Below are positions 1 to 13,022 of a stretch of 64,000 bases of DNA, in pieces; position 1 is the first letter of the stretch, and each line of letters begins with the position of its first letter. The stretch is from Obrimoposthia wandeli. Taxonomy: Eukaryota. Below the pieces are notes generated by a model. The model was given only the letters and a program-made list of their open reading frames with translations. It searched no databases and was not told the DNA's origin. Position numbers and translations under genes: made by a program. The stretch covers positions 62,001 through 126,000 of the forward strand of contig CDROCS010000876.1 of assembly GCA_977020255.1 (NCBI GenBank). Reading direction: 5' to 3'.

Positions 1-1949
1 TTTATATTATTTAAGCATATCATTACTTTTGGAAGAAATTCTTACATGTAATTAAGAAATTTCAATTTTAAAAAAAACTAGACCCTCTGGAGAGAGGTTT
101 AGACAATTTTAAAATATGAGTAAAATTTCGACTAGAAAGTAATTTTATATTTAATATGCAAAATATTTTATAAATGCGCTGTACTGTGTTTTTTATTGGT
201 TTATTATATATTTTTTAAAATAACTTATAAATCAAGATTACAAACCAAACTTTAAATAAAAATTACAAATATTACATGATAGGTTTCTTTTTAAAACACT
301 TATGAGTAGGTCAAATAAAATGCAACTGTTTTATCCTTTCTAAAATCGTCTTAAAAAGCTTATGATACAACTTATTAAATTTTTTTTGGCTTCATAACCG
401 ATTTATTAACGCAACTTTTGAGAATAAATGCTACTTTTGCGACTTCTATCTGAACATATAATCTCTTCTATATCGAAGTCTTTGTATATTTCGCATATTT
501 TTTTTATACTATTTTTTCTCAGTTTACTTTTTAATATTCACAAAAAAATTCTTTTTTATGTTGAAAAAAAACATTATTTTTTTGTAATTTGAATTATATT
601 CATTTTACAGTTTTTTGTCCAGTAATTCAGTTGTTTTAACAAAATAAAATAATAAATGCAACTTTTACGATTTTTAAGCGCTACTTTAGATCGACCTACT
701 TATGAGATAACTTATTTTTTAAATACGATGCAATCGAAAATATTCGATGTATGTAAAGTAAAATATTTAAGTTAGTAAAATTAAAAGCAAGAATATGTGC
801 GTTAAAGCTTGTTTGAACTAGGAATTCTAATTACGAACAATCAAAATAGACAGACTTCTCAAATAGCAGTTATTTTTGTATTTTAATGATGTTTCATATT
901 TAGAAAATGCAACGTAAACGATGCAATTACTTGTTTTTAAACAAAAATGTTGGATTGGCATTTTGCATTCCTTGTATTTTGAATTAAATAAAAATAGCAA
1001 ACTAATATCTGATACTTTAGATCAGTTTGCAGTTGACTTTTCATTGTAAAAAAATCACATTACTATTAAACAAATGTGCAAATAGATTTTTTCCACCAAA
1101 AAACATTGGATGACTGTTGATGATCTAATCTTTCACTTATACCTACAATGCTCTTTTAAAATTTGATAATTGAACATAATTTAATTTAAATTAATTTACA
1201 AATGATTAATTTTATTTAGTTTTAACTCATCATTTTAGGTCATAATTTAAAGTTTTAATTTAAATAATTAGAATTTTGAAGGAGAGTTTTGTAAATTTCA
1301 ATAACAATTCTTGGAATACTTGGAATACTGATATTTTCAGAATGAAAATTTACAAGGTTATATAGATATTTAAAAAATAAGAAGAAAAATAGTAAAATAT
1401 GTCAACGACACATAGATCCAAAGAGATGCATCAGTTTTTAAGATATCTGAGTTTGACTCAACTATTAATGTAGTCATGTACAAAATGGTTAATGTTATTT
1501 AAGTTATTTTTGACGTTTTCATCTTCATATAAAATGAAGAATTTTTAAAAAAAATGTTTTTTTCATTCAAATAGTTATAAAATAGCTAGCTGCGTAAATT
1601 TTATATTGAAATAAAACAATTTTGTTACTTGTGACTACCATTTTTAGTTAGAAAAGAGCCTTGTGTATCTGTTGTACAGTTTTTCTTGTGGGAAAGTTTA
1701 TTTAAGCTTATATAGCGAGTTGTACTTTATTTTTTATTTTATATTATAAATTTAGATCATGAGTCAATGTCAGCAAACATTATGCTCTAGAGCAGCCTGT
1801 TGTAATATTGAAATCAATTATGCAGCTCTTCAACTCTCACATTATGAGTAAGATGATTGAGGTCAGATCGTAAATCCATGATGGCTTGGAGCAAAATGTA
1901 TTTTGAATTCTGCCGTTTCACGGATAAAAGCTTATTTAAACAAAACCTC

Positions 1950-3120
1950 AAACAACAATGATTGTTTTGAGATTATTAGAAAAAATGACAGTGACGAAAA
2001 GGAGAAAATTATTCAGTTTTTGATGAATGCAATGTATCAGTTGATTAACAAATAAGCACCGATGAAAAGGTTCTGTCATCTGAAAACAGTTCCTCAGAAG
2101 ATGATCCTTTATTCTTCTTTATAATGGTATCTAGAACTCAAATATTCCTGCCAAATATGAGGTTTCGCCGTATTATCTTGACATAGATCACAAGACCGTT
2201 GACGAATCACCTATCAGAGTTCAATTCATTAAGAGCTATTCGAGGACAATTACAAATGCTGATAATTATTCCATACATTTTACAATACTTGAATTTCGAG
2301 CAGAATTGGTGTTCATAATACGTGCGGGTAGCTACAAAAGTAACTTTACTGAGCTCTATAGTCTCTGGAAAATTGTCGACTGCAAACCATTTTACAGAGC
2401 TAGTATATCTTACAGACGTTTTAAGTTCTTTTTACGCTGTTCTCGTTTTAATAAGTGGAATACACACAAGAAGAGAAGTAGGAAGCAAATTAGATAACTA
2501 TGCAGCTAAACGAAAACTTGGAGTCTTTTTGATCTGCAACTGAGGCGGTTTGTTGTGTCTGACGAATATAAAGTTATCTTGAGTATGCAAATCTTCAACC
2601 GGTTAAAATATGAACTTTTCTATAAATTTCTGTATTCTTAGATAATAGGCTTTGCACTCTGCAGATACCTAAATGATGAACGTGACTTGAATCAATAAGT
2701 TCATAACAATCTGTTCAAGGACGTTGTTTTGGAACTCTGTATGCTATTTTGACTGTCGGGCTGCCGAAATGGCTTGAAACAATAAGATTATATCACCGGG
2801 AAATTCCACATATCATGAAAGAACGACTGAAACTTCAGGAACGTGTCTTCGTTCTTTGTCACCAAAACCAAATCTCGATGGTATATCATATCAGGAAAAG
2901 TAAAAAAAAGACAGTGTCACTACTTAGTTTTTCTCATGAACCAGATGATTGTGAAGTAGAGGAACTAAAAAGCCATTGTTGTATTTGGACTACAATTACA
3001 ACAAAAGTGAGGTAGATATGTTCAATGAGAATGCTGAGAGTTCGGCTGCTCTCCTGATTTTTTTAAAATAATATGATCGATATAACATTGAATAGCTCTT
3101 TTCTTGTAATATAAACGAAT
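1950..3120 (+). mobile_element. Decayed piggyBac transposase remnant (boundaries approximate)
   Basis: Fragmented frames carry piggyBac-like motifs: RASISYRRFKFFLRCSRF (cf. MSRNRFxxILxxLRFD), NIPAKY (cf. KPAKYG), KKKTVSLLSFSH (cf. KNKxVxLLSSMH) and YNKSEVD (cf. YNxTKGGVD). Many stops and frameshifts; TIRs not identified. Confidence 0.7.
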
Positions 3121-6100
3121 CAGTTTTCCCAATCCAATCAACTCCTTAAAAAGCAAGTGTAATTTTTGCTAGCGTTCCCTTATGCAATTCGTAGGCGAAC
3201 TTAGAAGAATAAAAAAGTGGTTCTAAATGCAACGGCTGAATAAAGGTTTATATCTAACTATTGAAGTACATGACTACTCAAAGATGCTGTGTTGGTCAGA
3301 AAACACACGAACTGCATGTTGCCAAACACATTACACTGTCATAACATTTAAATTCTTTTGACTTATTTTTTAAATTTAATTTGATCTTGTTTTATTTTTT
3401 ACTCATGGTTAAAACATTATTTAGCTGAATCTTAAATATGATTTCATTTTGTAGTCACAAGTCCTTTAGGGCATGTAAAATTTAGCATCAAAATAGGATT
3501 AAAGCCTCAAGAAGATGAGATTTTTTAAAGCTTTTTTAAAGTATAAATGGATCCTTATTTACGCTTGACACTTCAAAATTATTCTTAAGAAAAATAGGCA
3601 ATTCTTAAACATCATATTTTTAGAAAATTTAATGATATCTATTAAATGTGACCTATATGATAAAATTAAGTAGACGCTGTATTTATCGAGATAATTAATC
3701 AAACCCTGATCAATGCTGCTCGCAAAAATGCAACAGATTGCATCAATAATTCAAGAAATGGAAGCTGATGATAAATGTGTCTGCAATTGCACGCTCATAT
3801 ATAGCAGACAGAAACATGCAAAATCCAAAAGATGTTGACGTATTTCTGGATAAATATGCTGCTTAAATACAATAATGACATCCGGAACTAATTCCTTTAT
3901 TAAAACTGACTCCATTTTTCTATCATCAATTATTTGGTAAAATACCAGACGGAGTAACGATTCTGATATTCAGAAAAAAATATCAGAAGATATAAATGGA
4001 AAATACGAGTATAAGATTGAACACAAAAACACTTAAACCTTACAGAAAATTTGTAACTGAAGAAATGAATTATAAAATTGTAAATGGTGTAAATCGAAAA
4101 TATTTCATTCATTGTTTTAAAATATTAATGTAGTCAAATTTTTCCGACAATATTTTTCAATATATAATTTGTCAAAAGTTACTGTTTAAAATTGACATAG
4201 ATGGACAAATATAGAATATTGATAGAAAGAGAATTTGACAGGTACATCTTATTGATTGTAAAAAGTGAAATTTTCATAATCAAAGTTGCGAATTTTAAAT
4301 ATAACTTTATTTTACATGATAAGATAATATAAAATAAAATATTTACATATTAAAGGATATTTAAAAGTATTTCTATATAATATAAATTTACAATAAAATA
4401 TTACTCAATTGTAAAAGAAAAAAAATTGTTTTGAAAAATTATGTAATATTTGATTAAATTTTTTCTATCTTTTTTGAATTATATTTTGAACTATCAGAAT
4501 TTTTATTACTCAACTAATAATATATAAATATGTATAATTTACTTTTTATAATTTTCATTTTCATTGTATTCAATAATAAATAAATAACTCTTTATTAATA
4601 ATAATGGTTAATATTTTTTATTTGTTAAACTTTTATTAGAATTTATATAATTTTACATTAATAATATAATTTTGGTTGTTATGGTTTTAGTTGATTTAAT
4701 ACTACCTCTGTTCCGAAATATTTGTTACACACCCAGAAATTTCATCTGAAAATTATTTGCTGTTTATATTGACAGATTAGTTTTAAATCTTCTGATTTAT
4801 TAGTATTAGCTAAATATGTATTAATATAAATAGTAAAAATTATAATCATATTATATAACAAAAAAGTTATACTTTTTTCAGACCACTCGCTATTGCAAAA
4901 CTTGTTTAAAAATATAATAATGCTAAAATATACCTTTTTTTAAATTTCATTTATTACATTTAAAATAAAAATTGATCTTTTATTTAATGTATTTTACATT
5001 TAATTTTTAATGGATTTACGCTGTTTTATATTATTGATTCGATTTTTATTTAGGTTTAAATTATTTTTTCGTTATCTTTAATATCATTGATGCACCATAT
5101 ATTTTAATTATAAATTTGAAGACATGTTTTAACATTTAGATTTTTTCTGTAATTATTTGAAGTTATTGAAAAATTAGGCTATATATGCCAGTTGTTTTTT
5201 GTCATTATTATTATACTAACTAGAGTTGATGATAAATGCATTACAAAAACCAGTTAGCAAAAATCATTTGAAATGTAAGTTCGCAGTAGTATCTTGATTG
5301 TACCAAAATTATTACATGCAGAACTCGAGAGGGGAAAAAATCGAAAGTTTAGTTTTGGGATAGCCTCGGGTAGTCTTTTAAAATATAGATTTGTTATTTT
5401 CAAATCTATTAATAGTTTAATAATAGTGTAAATAATTAAGTATACTTTTCTGTATTTACATTGAAGGAGAACAGTTTCTCTGAAAAGGTCTAGAAAATCA
5501 ACACAATTAACAATGATTTATTGTTTTAGAGGATGTTCACAACAACCTTATTGTGTACATTCGAATCGAACTTCCAACACTCATTGTAGCTCTCCTTCTG
5601 TCTTTGGATCATTTTATTGTGTTTCAATTTTTTACATTAAAACGAATCAGTTTTTGGTTAGATTGAAATATACAAAAATGACATTGCACAGTATTGGCAA
5701 AATAAGTAGAGTCATACGCTTTTTGGCCTCCATTAACAGTACTTGCCGTTTCATGCATTTTATCCAACTATCGGAAAGGCAAAAGTGGAAGGGTACTTGT
5801 TTGACTTAGAAATTTTAACTATCTTGAAATTTGTTGTAAGTAAAAAATATTGTTGGACACATGAAAATGTAATAATAAAACAGCAGTTCATATTCAGGGT
5901 CATTTGTTGTTGGAATCAGGACGCTGATATCCAGTCAACCCTTAGCATAGTTACAAAACCAATGCCTGGTATTTAGCAAGCAGCAAAATGAAGCTAAAAT
6001 TATTAACTTTATGAACTCTCATTCAATTGCTGCAACGTAGAATATCTCATAAAACTAAAATTCGAAGAAAAACATATATATATTACATTTGATCACTTAC

Positions 6101-6843
6101 TTTAAAACCAAAACATAATTTTTACACTTTTTATTTAGCAAACTAGTTTCAAATTGGTCGTAAATTTATGCAGATTCTTATCCATCTAAACTTCACAGTT
6201 TAACTTGCTGAATGGTGCCCAGAACTTTCTTCAAGAAAATCCTCTGACACCCTATTTTCCACAAAACTTATACGACTCAATCAATCGATAGCTTATTCGA
6301 AATATAATGAAAATCTAAAATACTTTTTCTTCTTCTCATCTTCATAACATTCGCAATCCTTGGATAATTAATATTGAATTTCACTGACTAAATTTGTCGT
6401 TTTTATAATAAACAATTTCATTTAGAAATTTTATAAAACGTGCAAAAGAATAATAAAAATAAGTTGAAATATATACACTGTAAAATCAAAATGAGCCTCA
6501 ATCTGAGGATATGGTTTTAGATAATGTGCTCATTTCTCACTAGATACGTCACTGTATAATGGTTCTGGCTGTAAAACAAATGTTAAACTAACAAAAGATT
6601 ATAGGAACGAAAAAAGGTTCTAAAGTGTAATTGAGTAGTTTTAAAAAAGTCTTAATTACACGTTGACGATTTAAATTTATATATAAAATTTAATCATCTA
6701 CAATTACCATATTTACACTGTTTACTGATTTGGAAAAATATGTTACAATTCATTATAATTCAGACTTAAATAAGCATCCTCATATGAGGACAGTACTCAG
6801 AATCAGTTAATATTGATTTGTTTGATATTTCCTTACCGTGCAG

Positions 6844-7461
6844 GAATGCTTACCTCATCACTACGACAGCATAGCTCATATCATCAGCAATTGGCAGCAG
6901 CGGCAGCAGCAGCAGCCGCAGCGGCAGCTGCAGCTTCTTCCTCCGGAACGATGCATCACCACAGCAACCGTCTTCTGCAGCCGCCCTGCTCCTCCGCGAG
7001 TCAGCTCTCCTTCCGGCCACAACCCGGTCCTGCTCTAACCCCCAGCGCACTGATGAGCAGCATTGTCACCACCAACACCACAGCCACCACCACCACAAAC
7101 ACAACCAACCTGTCCTCATCGGAGTCATCTCCAAGTGCCATAAACTCGCCAATATCCACCACCAACAACAACACCAGAGGCGCCCCTCCACCACCACCTT
7201 TCTTGCCACTGCCACCAGGCGTACTCAGTCCATTCTATTCGCGCTCCCTCTTCTCCACTGGCACCACCGGCACTGGAGGCAGTGGTAGTGGCGAGTTCAA
7301 GTTCAATCCCGAGCACTACCGCAGTCAGTACTCGTCCTTGTACTCAGCCGCTGCTGCTGCTGCCTCGCAGGCGTCATCCCTCGGTAGTGGTGGTGTCAGC
7401 GGCTATCCCCACCCTCCTGCACTGGGCGGGCCCTACCCTACACCCTCACGATTCTCCCGAG
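6844..7461 (+). CDS. GC-rich coding exon (poly-Ala/Thr/Pro/Ser low complexity), probably N-terminal or linker region of the Smad4-like gene
   Basis: Acceptor gtgcag|GA at 6843/6844 and donor GAG|GTGGGT at 7461/7462, both phase 1. Open frame matches ORF 6813..7493. Abrupt GC rise over the flanks. Confidence 0.8.
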
Positions 7462-7535
7462 GTGGGTCACAGCCACACACTTACTCCCTCTGACAAACAT
7501 TGATTTACAGAAACTAACGAATATGTATTGTGCAG

Positions 7536-8188
7536 GCGTGATGGAAGATCTAGCAGCCTATAACCGGTCTGTACCGAGTATGAACCCGCCGTCCTCCTAT
7601 TCCTTGACGGGGCTGGCAGCGGCTGCAGCAGCGGCAGCGGCGTCTGCCGCGGTAGTAGACACCAAGACAGCGTCTGCGGCAGAAGCATCACCGCCACTGC
7701 ACAAGCACCGTCGTCGGCACCGACACAACGACGGAGAGGACAACAACAATGGTGAGGACAACGACAGCAACTTCAGCAGCGATATCAGCGTCTGCAGTGA
7801 GGATGACAACACGAGCACAACGACAACCACGACCAACAACAACAACCAGCACCAGACAGTCTCGTCATCATCCACGCTGCTCAATGGTCGTCAGGCCCGC
7901 AAGCGGTCGGCTGGAGCTTGTGCAACATCAGACAATGTGACGATCGGACACCATGACAACTGTGGACCGGAGAAGAGATTGAAGCTGGCCTTGGAGACGG
8001 TGAAGAACGAGACTGACGTGGGTCAATCCGGCGAGAGTGTGAAGCAGGAAGCCCACACAAACTCGACAGAATCTGGGGCAGCCGACATGACGGGAAGCAC
8101 CAACATCAGCCACTACAGCAGTAACAGTACCGGCAGCAGCAGTGGTGACCCTCTATGTCTCACCGTTTCTCAGTCCTCACTTTCTCAG
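7536..8188 (+). CDS. GC-rich coding exon (poly-Ala, Asn/Thr runs, basic clusters), probable Smad4-like linker exon
   Basis: 74-bp intron 7462-7535 with CTAAC branch point (7514-7518) and tgcag acceptor. Phase 1 in, matching the previous exon. Donor CAG|GTGAGT at 8188/8189, phase 0. Confidence 0.85.
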
Positions 8189-10584
8189 GTGAGTATTAGC
8201 TAAACCAGTCACAAAGAACCAGGGAATTCGTTAGGCGATTAGATTGGAAGGAAAGCGGGTGGCAAAGGAGTTAAATGGGTTGAGTTGTACAGAGCTTGTA
8301 ATGCTAGTAGTACTTCCTTTCAGATCAAATAAATCGAATTTGAAGACATTTAAAGGGTTTACAAATGGATGTATGTACTCTTACGCTCTTATTTCTTTTA
8401 CAAAATTTGAAGAACTGTCAATTAAAGATGATATGAAGGAGTATTTTATGTATAACTCTGATCCTCAAATCAACTCATGGTTCAAAAGTTATTCAAAAAA
8501 TAAAGAATTGTACAGAAATTATTTTAATACTTTTGAACTATCTACCTTTTTGTAGATTAATGAAAAACTTTTTATCCAATGATTTTCTAAAAATTGATTG
8601 ATTATTTGTTTCAATTTTAGTTTTCTAACTCATTTTTTTATTTTGTAAATTTCTTTAGGTTTTGATATTTTCTGTATTATTATATCTGACTAATATTTAT
8701 ATCTTTAATGTTTAACCTTTTGAAAATACGGATCATTATAACAAGACTAAATGGCCATGATATTTCCTAGACTGTCAAAAGCTAAGTTAAAAGAGGAAAT
8801 TTTTGTTGAAACAGATACCAAGCATGATTAAGAATGACGGTTAAACGTTGGTGCACCTTTTACCTGAAAACAGCGAATAACCTACTTTATGCGATTAACA
8901 CCGAGCTTTGTACTATTGTACTATCTAGCGCTATCGAGAAGACATAAGATGGATCATGATCTTTTCTTTATTTTATTGCTGACGGTGACAATGCCGTAGT
9001 GGAAGATCTAAGATTAAAAATATGTAAAATAGACCATTTAGTGGTATAACAAACTGGTCATTTTTTTATTTAAAATGAACACCCTTTACAAAGATAATTG
9101 AAACGTCCTTTACTTGAAAAATAAGCTTATTTTAGTCATAAACGATTTGTCTATAGTCTATACAATATTGATAAAAAAGTGTCAAATACTGTTAAATAAA
9201 CGTCTTTTACTTGATGAAACTATCTCTTTCTTGGATTCTTTAAAATGGTTTCAGTCTGACAAAAGGAAGTTCAGTGAAATTATCAGATCGTAGCAGGGGT
9301 GTGCTTTCAAATTTTAAACTTATAGGCGGGAGTGGAAGGGGTTTTTGATAAAAAAAGAACACTTCAAAATTACATTTTAATGCTACAAATAAAAAGAGCC
9401 CATACCATTTACCAAAAATCTCAGAATTTAAAGTCAATTAATATTTCCCGAAAGAAAATCCTCTCGCATGACAGTATTAAAAATATCGTAAAGTCCATTA
9501 TTTATTCTACCAATGATACAGACCCTTATATGTATGCATTCAAGAGAAATGATCAAATTTTAAACGTTTATTATTATTTCAACATTATTAAACAATCTAT
9601 AGATTATGAATGAATTGCTAATGACGCACAAAGGGGAACTATTGTTACATGTACGTATTACAGGTATGGTGCTAGCCACTCATTTTTTAGATTGAAACAA
9701 CCTATTATTTAATATGCTAATGCAGTTTATATTTTTTACTTAACCGGACCTTTTCAAGAGAATCCATTCATCTTACTTTTTCTAAATATGTAAGAACATT
9801 TCTTTTCTTTGCGACCACCAAGCGTAATTATATGGCACTATTGCAGTGAGCTTTAAAAATGGATAAATGATTTACTGCGTATTACAAATGACAGACCCCA
9901 AATAATCAACTATCTAAAGAAATAATTTCAATTGGTAAACATTTCCAAGCTTGATAATTAATTTTTTATTGTCCATTTGTTTACTAAAATGAGATAAGAT
10001 GTAAAAGTAAAATTGAAACTTAATTAAAAGTAGCTTTTAAATATTTTATAATGAAAATTGAAACAACATAAAACAACATACACTATCAAATATATTGTTT
10101 TAAAACACATTAATTAACTACTTTCATATTTTTCCAATTCTCGGTAATTAGTGATTTGTTTCATTTGACAAGATTATCTCTAAATAAAAGTTGGTGTTAG
10201 AAACGTTGTGTAAAGACATCATACAATTACCAGTTGCTATATTTTTAATTTTCTCAATATTTAAGTGTATTTTTAATATTTGTTACATTTAAAAAAAAAT
10301 TAAAAACCAAATCGCTTCTCCTTTCATACGTACATTGAAAATCTTAGAGATGCAACAAATGACAGCTTGATTTTAAGAAGTTTCGTTACCGCTAAAACAA
10401 AAGCATTAAGTCACAAAACTGACCTCAAAATTTTTGTCCTCAACTTGACCTGAGCTTGTCCTGTTCCAGAAGTCACACATCTACCTACTACTGGAGCTTG
10501 CACGCCTTGGGATAATATTTTAATAAGTAATTAACAGTAGTGTTTGCGATATTGCTGATTGTTGATATGATTATCTCTGCACAG

Positions 10585-10992
10585 AGCTACAGTGGCCTTG
10601 GCCAGTCAATCCCGCTAGACAAGGAGCTGCACCTGGACGTGACCTGTACTCCTTATCCTCTGCACCAGCACCACAGCCGATTGGCGTCATTTGAACAGCC
10701 ACAGTCTCCTGACCACCATTTCGCCCACCAATTTGGATCCGGTTACGCCAGGCCCTCCACTACCAGCAATCTGCAGCTACCTCCCCTTCTGCAGCAGCAG
10801 CAACAACAGCACTCACAATCGATGCTGCCCAGTACAGACTTCTATCCACCTAACACTCCGCCAACCCTCACCTCCTTCCGCAGCCATCAGCACCTCCTTG
10901 ACACTGTTCCCGATCCCTATAGTGCTGCTAGTAGCAGCAACAGCAGCCATGGATTCGTCTACTCACAGGCACTCCCGTGCGATATTCTCAAG
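10585..10992 (+). CDS. Coding exon (Gln/Ser/Pro/His-rich), probable Smad4-like linker exon
   Basis: Acceptor ctctgcacag|AGC, phase 0, matching the donor at 8188. Donor AAG|GTGGGA at 10992/10993, phase 0. In frame with ORF 10540..11019. Confidence 0.8.
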
Positions 10993-11287
10993 GTGGGACT
11001 CGTCACACAAACTGCATAAATGACTAAAAAGCAGAAGAGCTATGTACACTTTAACCAATTCCAAAAAACGGCTAATTTGGAATTAAAAAGCAGTGCACTG
11101 AAATAAATAAATAACCACGACAACTTATCGCAGTGCAACATAATTTCATTGCTATCATTGGTCATGTGTGTGCCGATTTGAATTGAATGGTACAATTTCA
11201 AGTTCATGAATAATAAGTAAATATTTAATTTAAAATAAACTGTGATATTATAATTTATCTATTTAAAATACATTGTGTAAAAGTATG

Positions 11288-11635
11288 TGTAGTGTAGGCA
11301 TATATTTTATTGCATATATCATGTCTTCCACAGTTTGAGTTTTGTGCTTCGTTTTCATTTGAGACTTCAGTTTCATCTGGTTTTTCTTCAGTCACTTCTA
11401 CATCAGTTTCTGTGACTTCTGCTTCTTTAGGATCAGCCATTGTCTTAAAAAATTACAAAAACAAAAATTATACAAATTAAAACAAACCCTTTTACTCCAT
11501 TTTGTTTTCAAAATTAATTAAAAACGAAATAAAATAAAACGGTTTGTTTGTTGCGTAATTATACAATTTTATTGAATAATTACGCAACCAATTACTTGAG
11601 GTATTTAAGTAACTACAAAACATGAATTCACTACA
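11288..11635 (-). repeat. 3' LTR (348 bp) of the gypsy element
   Basis: 7-bp inverted ends. Preceded on the - strand by the PPT. AATAAA about 20 nt before its 3' end on the - strand. TSD adjacent. Confidence 0.85.
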
Positions 11636-11650
11636 TAGCCCCCACCTAAG
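11636..11650 (-). promoter_or_regulatory. Polypurine tract
   Basis: - strand CTTAGGTGGGGGCTA directly abuts the TGTAG start of the LTR. Confidence 0.8.
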
Positions 11651-11774
11651 TAGCGGAGCGAAAAGGAATATTTAAAAAGAAGCTATTCTCAATCTCTTAA
11701 CACTATCAAATATACATATGATTATACTTAGTATTTAATTTAATGAAAGATTATGAAAGTTAAAATTAAGCATG

Positions 11775-13022
11775 TTAAATGAAAGTTTTTAGTAAGGTTT
11801 GTTCACCGAAAATTGTACACCAAGGTGAAAAGGTAACATGTTTATTAATTTCTAGGGCTCCACAGCACGTATCGTCATCTATATGCGAGGCAGGTTTAAT
11901 TTTACAAACGTTTACGGTACGTTGTTTATCGTTTACAAGTATTACTGCTGTGTTATTGTCGAAATTGCTATGTAAAAGAAGAAAAGGACCGGAATATCTG
12001 GCCTGCAAGGAAGTAGGAGATTCCCGTTGTAACCAAACATACTTAGCGTCTTTTAGCTCTTTTGGTACATATATATTCAGACTAGATTTTGTAGTAGGTG
12101 TAGTGTCCAGTGTTTTAAAATGTTCCCTGACACGTTGCGCATGAACATCATCTAACGGGTTGTTGCCAAAAAATATTTCACCAATTAGATCGGTGTTACA
12201 CCCAAATAGCATTTGAGCAGGAGAAGCGCCATGTCTGCTGCTGGTAATGTTGCGCCATCCTAATAACACATAAGGTAGTGCAAGAGTCCAATCGTGGTTA
12301 ACAGAAAGTGATCTAAATGAATTCTTTAACGTTCTGTGGAATCGTTCTATAAGACCATTGGATTGTGGATGAAATGCTATTGTGCGAATTTTTTGTGACC
12401 CTATACGCTTTAATAGTGATGTGAAAAGCGCCGATTCAAACTGGGTGCCTTGATCTGTAATAACACGTTTCGGGACACCAAATCTGGCAACCCAATTTGC
12501 TATGAAGATGTCAGCGACAGTTTGCGCTGATATTGTACGAATAAGAAACGCTTCGGGCCAACGAGTTTTTCTATCAATCATAGTTAGTAGATAAGTGTAC
12601 CCTCTCGATGGTGGTAGTGGTCCTACAATGTCGATATGTACTGTATCAAATCTGCTGCCTGTCGGAAATTGTAAAATTGGTGGTTTAGTATGTTTCACGA
12701 CTTTATTGGCTTGACATGCTAAACAAAATTTGCACCAATTCTTTATATCTTTTCGCATAAAGGGCCAAACTACTCTGGTTTTGATTTGTTCATAGGTAGC
12801 ACGAAATCCTGCATGAGTTATTGCATGGATTGCCTTAAAAACATCAATGCGTAATTTTAATCCTATCACCAGTCTAGTACAACCGCTGAGAGTATAGTCA
12901 TAGTAGATACCATTTCTCAAGGTAGGCGGTGTCTGAAATAATTCTGTCTCCAGGTGATGGAGGGTTTTCCACAAGTACATCTTGTGATAACATTGGCTCG
13001 AAATCAATTGAGTCGATTTCAA
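11775..13022 (-). CDS. Gypsy integrase (frameshifted from the RT/RNase H frame near 12920-13020)
   Basis: HHCC zinc motif (HAITHAG...CLAC), DDE core (HIDIVGP, ITDQG, IERFHR), GPF motif (YSGPF). Confidence 0.95.
   Translation of the reverse strand: MKSTQLISSQCYHKMYLWKTLHHLETELFQTPPTLRNGIYYDYTLSGCTRLVIGLKLRIDVFKAIHAITHAGFRATYEQIKTRVVWPFMRKDIKNWCKFCLACQANKVVKHTKPPILQFPTGSRFDTVHIDIVGPLPPSRGYTYLLTMIDRKTRWPEAFLIRTISAQTVADIFIANWVARFGVPKRVITDQGTQFESALFTSLLKRIGSQKIRTIAFHPQSNGLIERFHRTLKNSFRSLSVNHDWTLALPYVLLGWRNITSSRHGASPAQMLFGCNTDLIGEIFFGNNPLDDVHAQRVREHFKTLDTTPTTKSSLNIYVPKELKDAKYVWLQRESPTSLQARYSGPFLLLHSNFDNNTAVILVNDKQRTVNVCKIKPASHIDDDTCCGALEINKHVTFSPWCTIFGEQTLLKTFI

Noticed and set aside
4699-4730. 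Mariner/Stowaway-like end tactacctctgttccgaaatatttgt
   Set aside because: No matching opposite end found by eye.
5513-5976. ORFs with a Cys/His-containing peptide after a ttttag acceptor, considered as an MH1 exon
   Set aside because: No MH1 motif, AT-rich like the intron background, no good donor.
6838-8113. Several overlapping ORFs in other frames and strands (6838, 6850, 7125, 7282, 7467, 7597, 7749, 7928)
   Set aside because: Shadows of GC-rich triplet-repeat exons; only the splice-compatible frame is supported.
8244-8555. 103-aa ORF right after the exon
   Set aside because: Non-ATG start, intronic, no motif I can assign with confidence.
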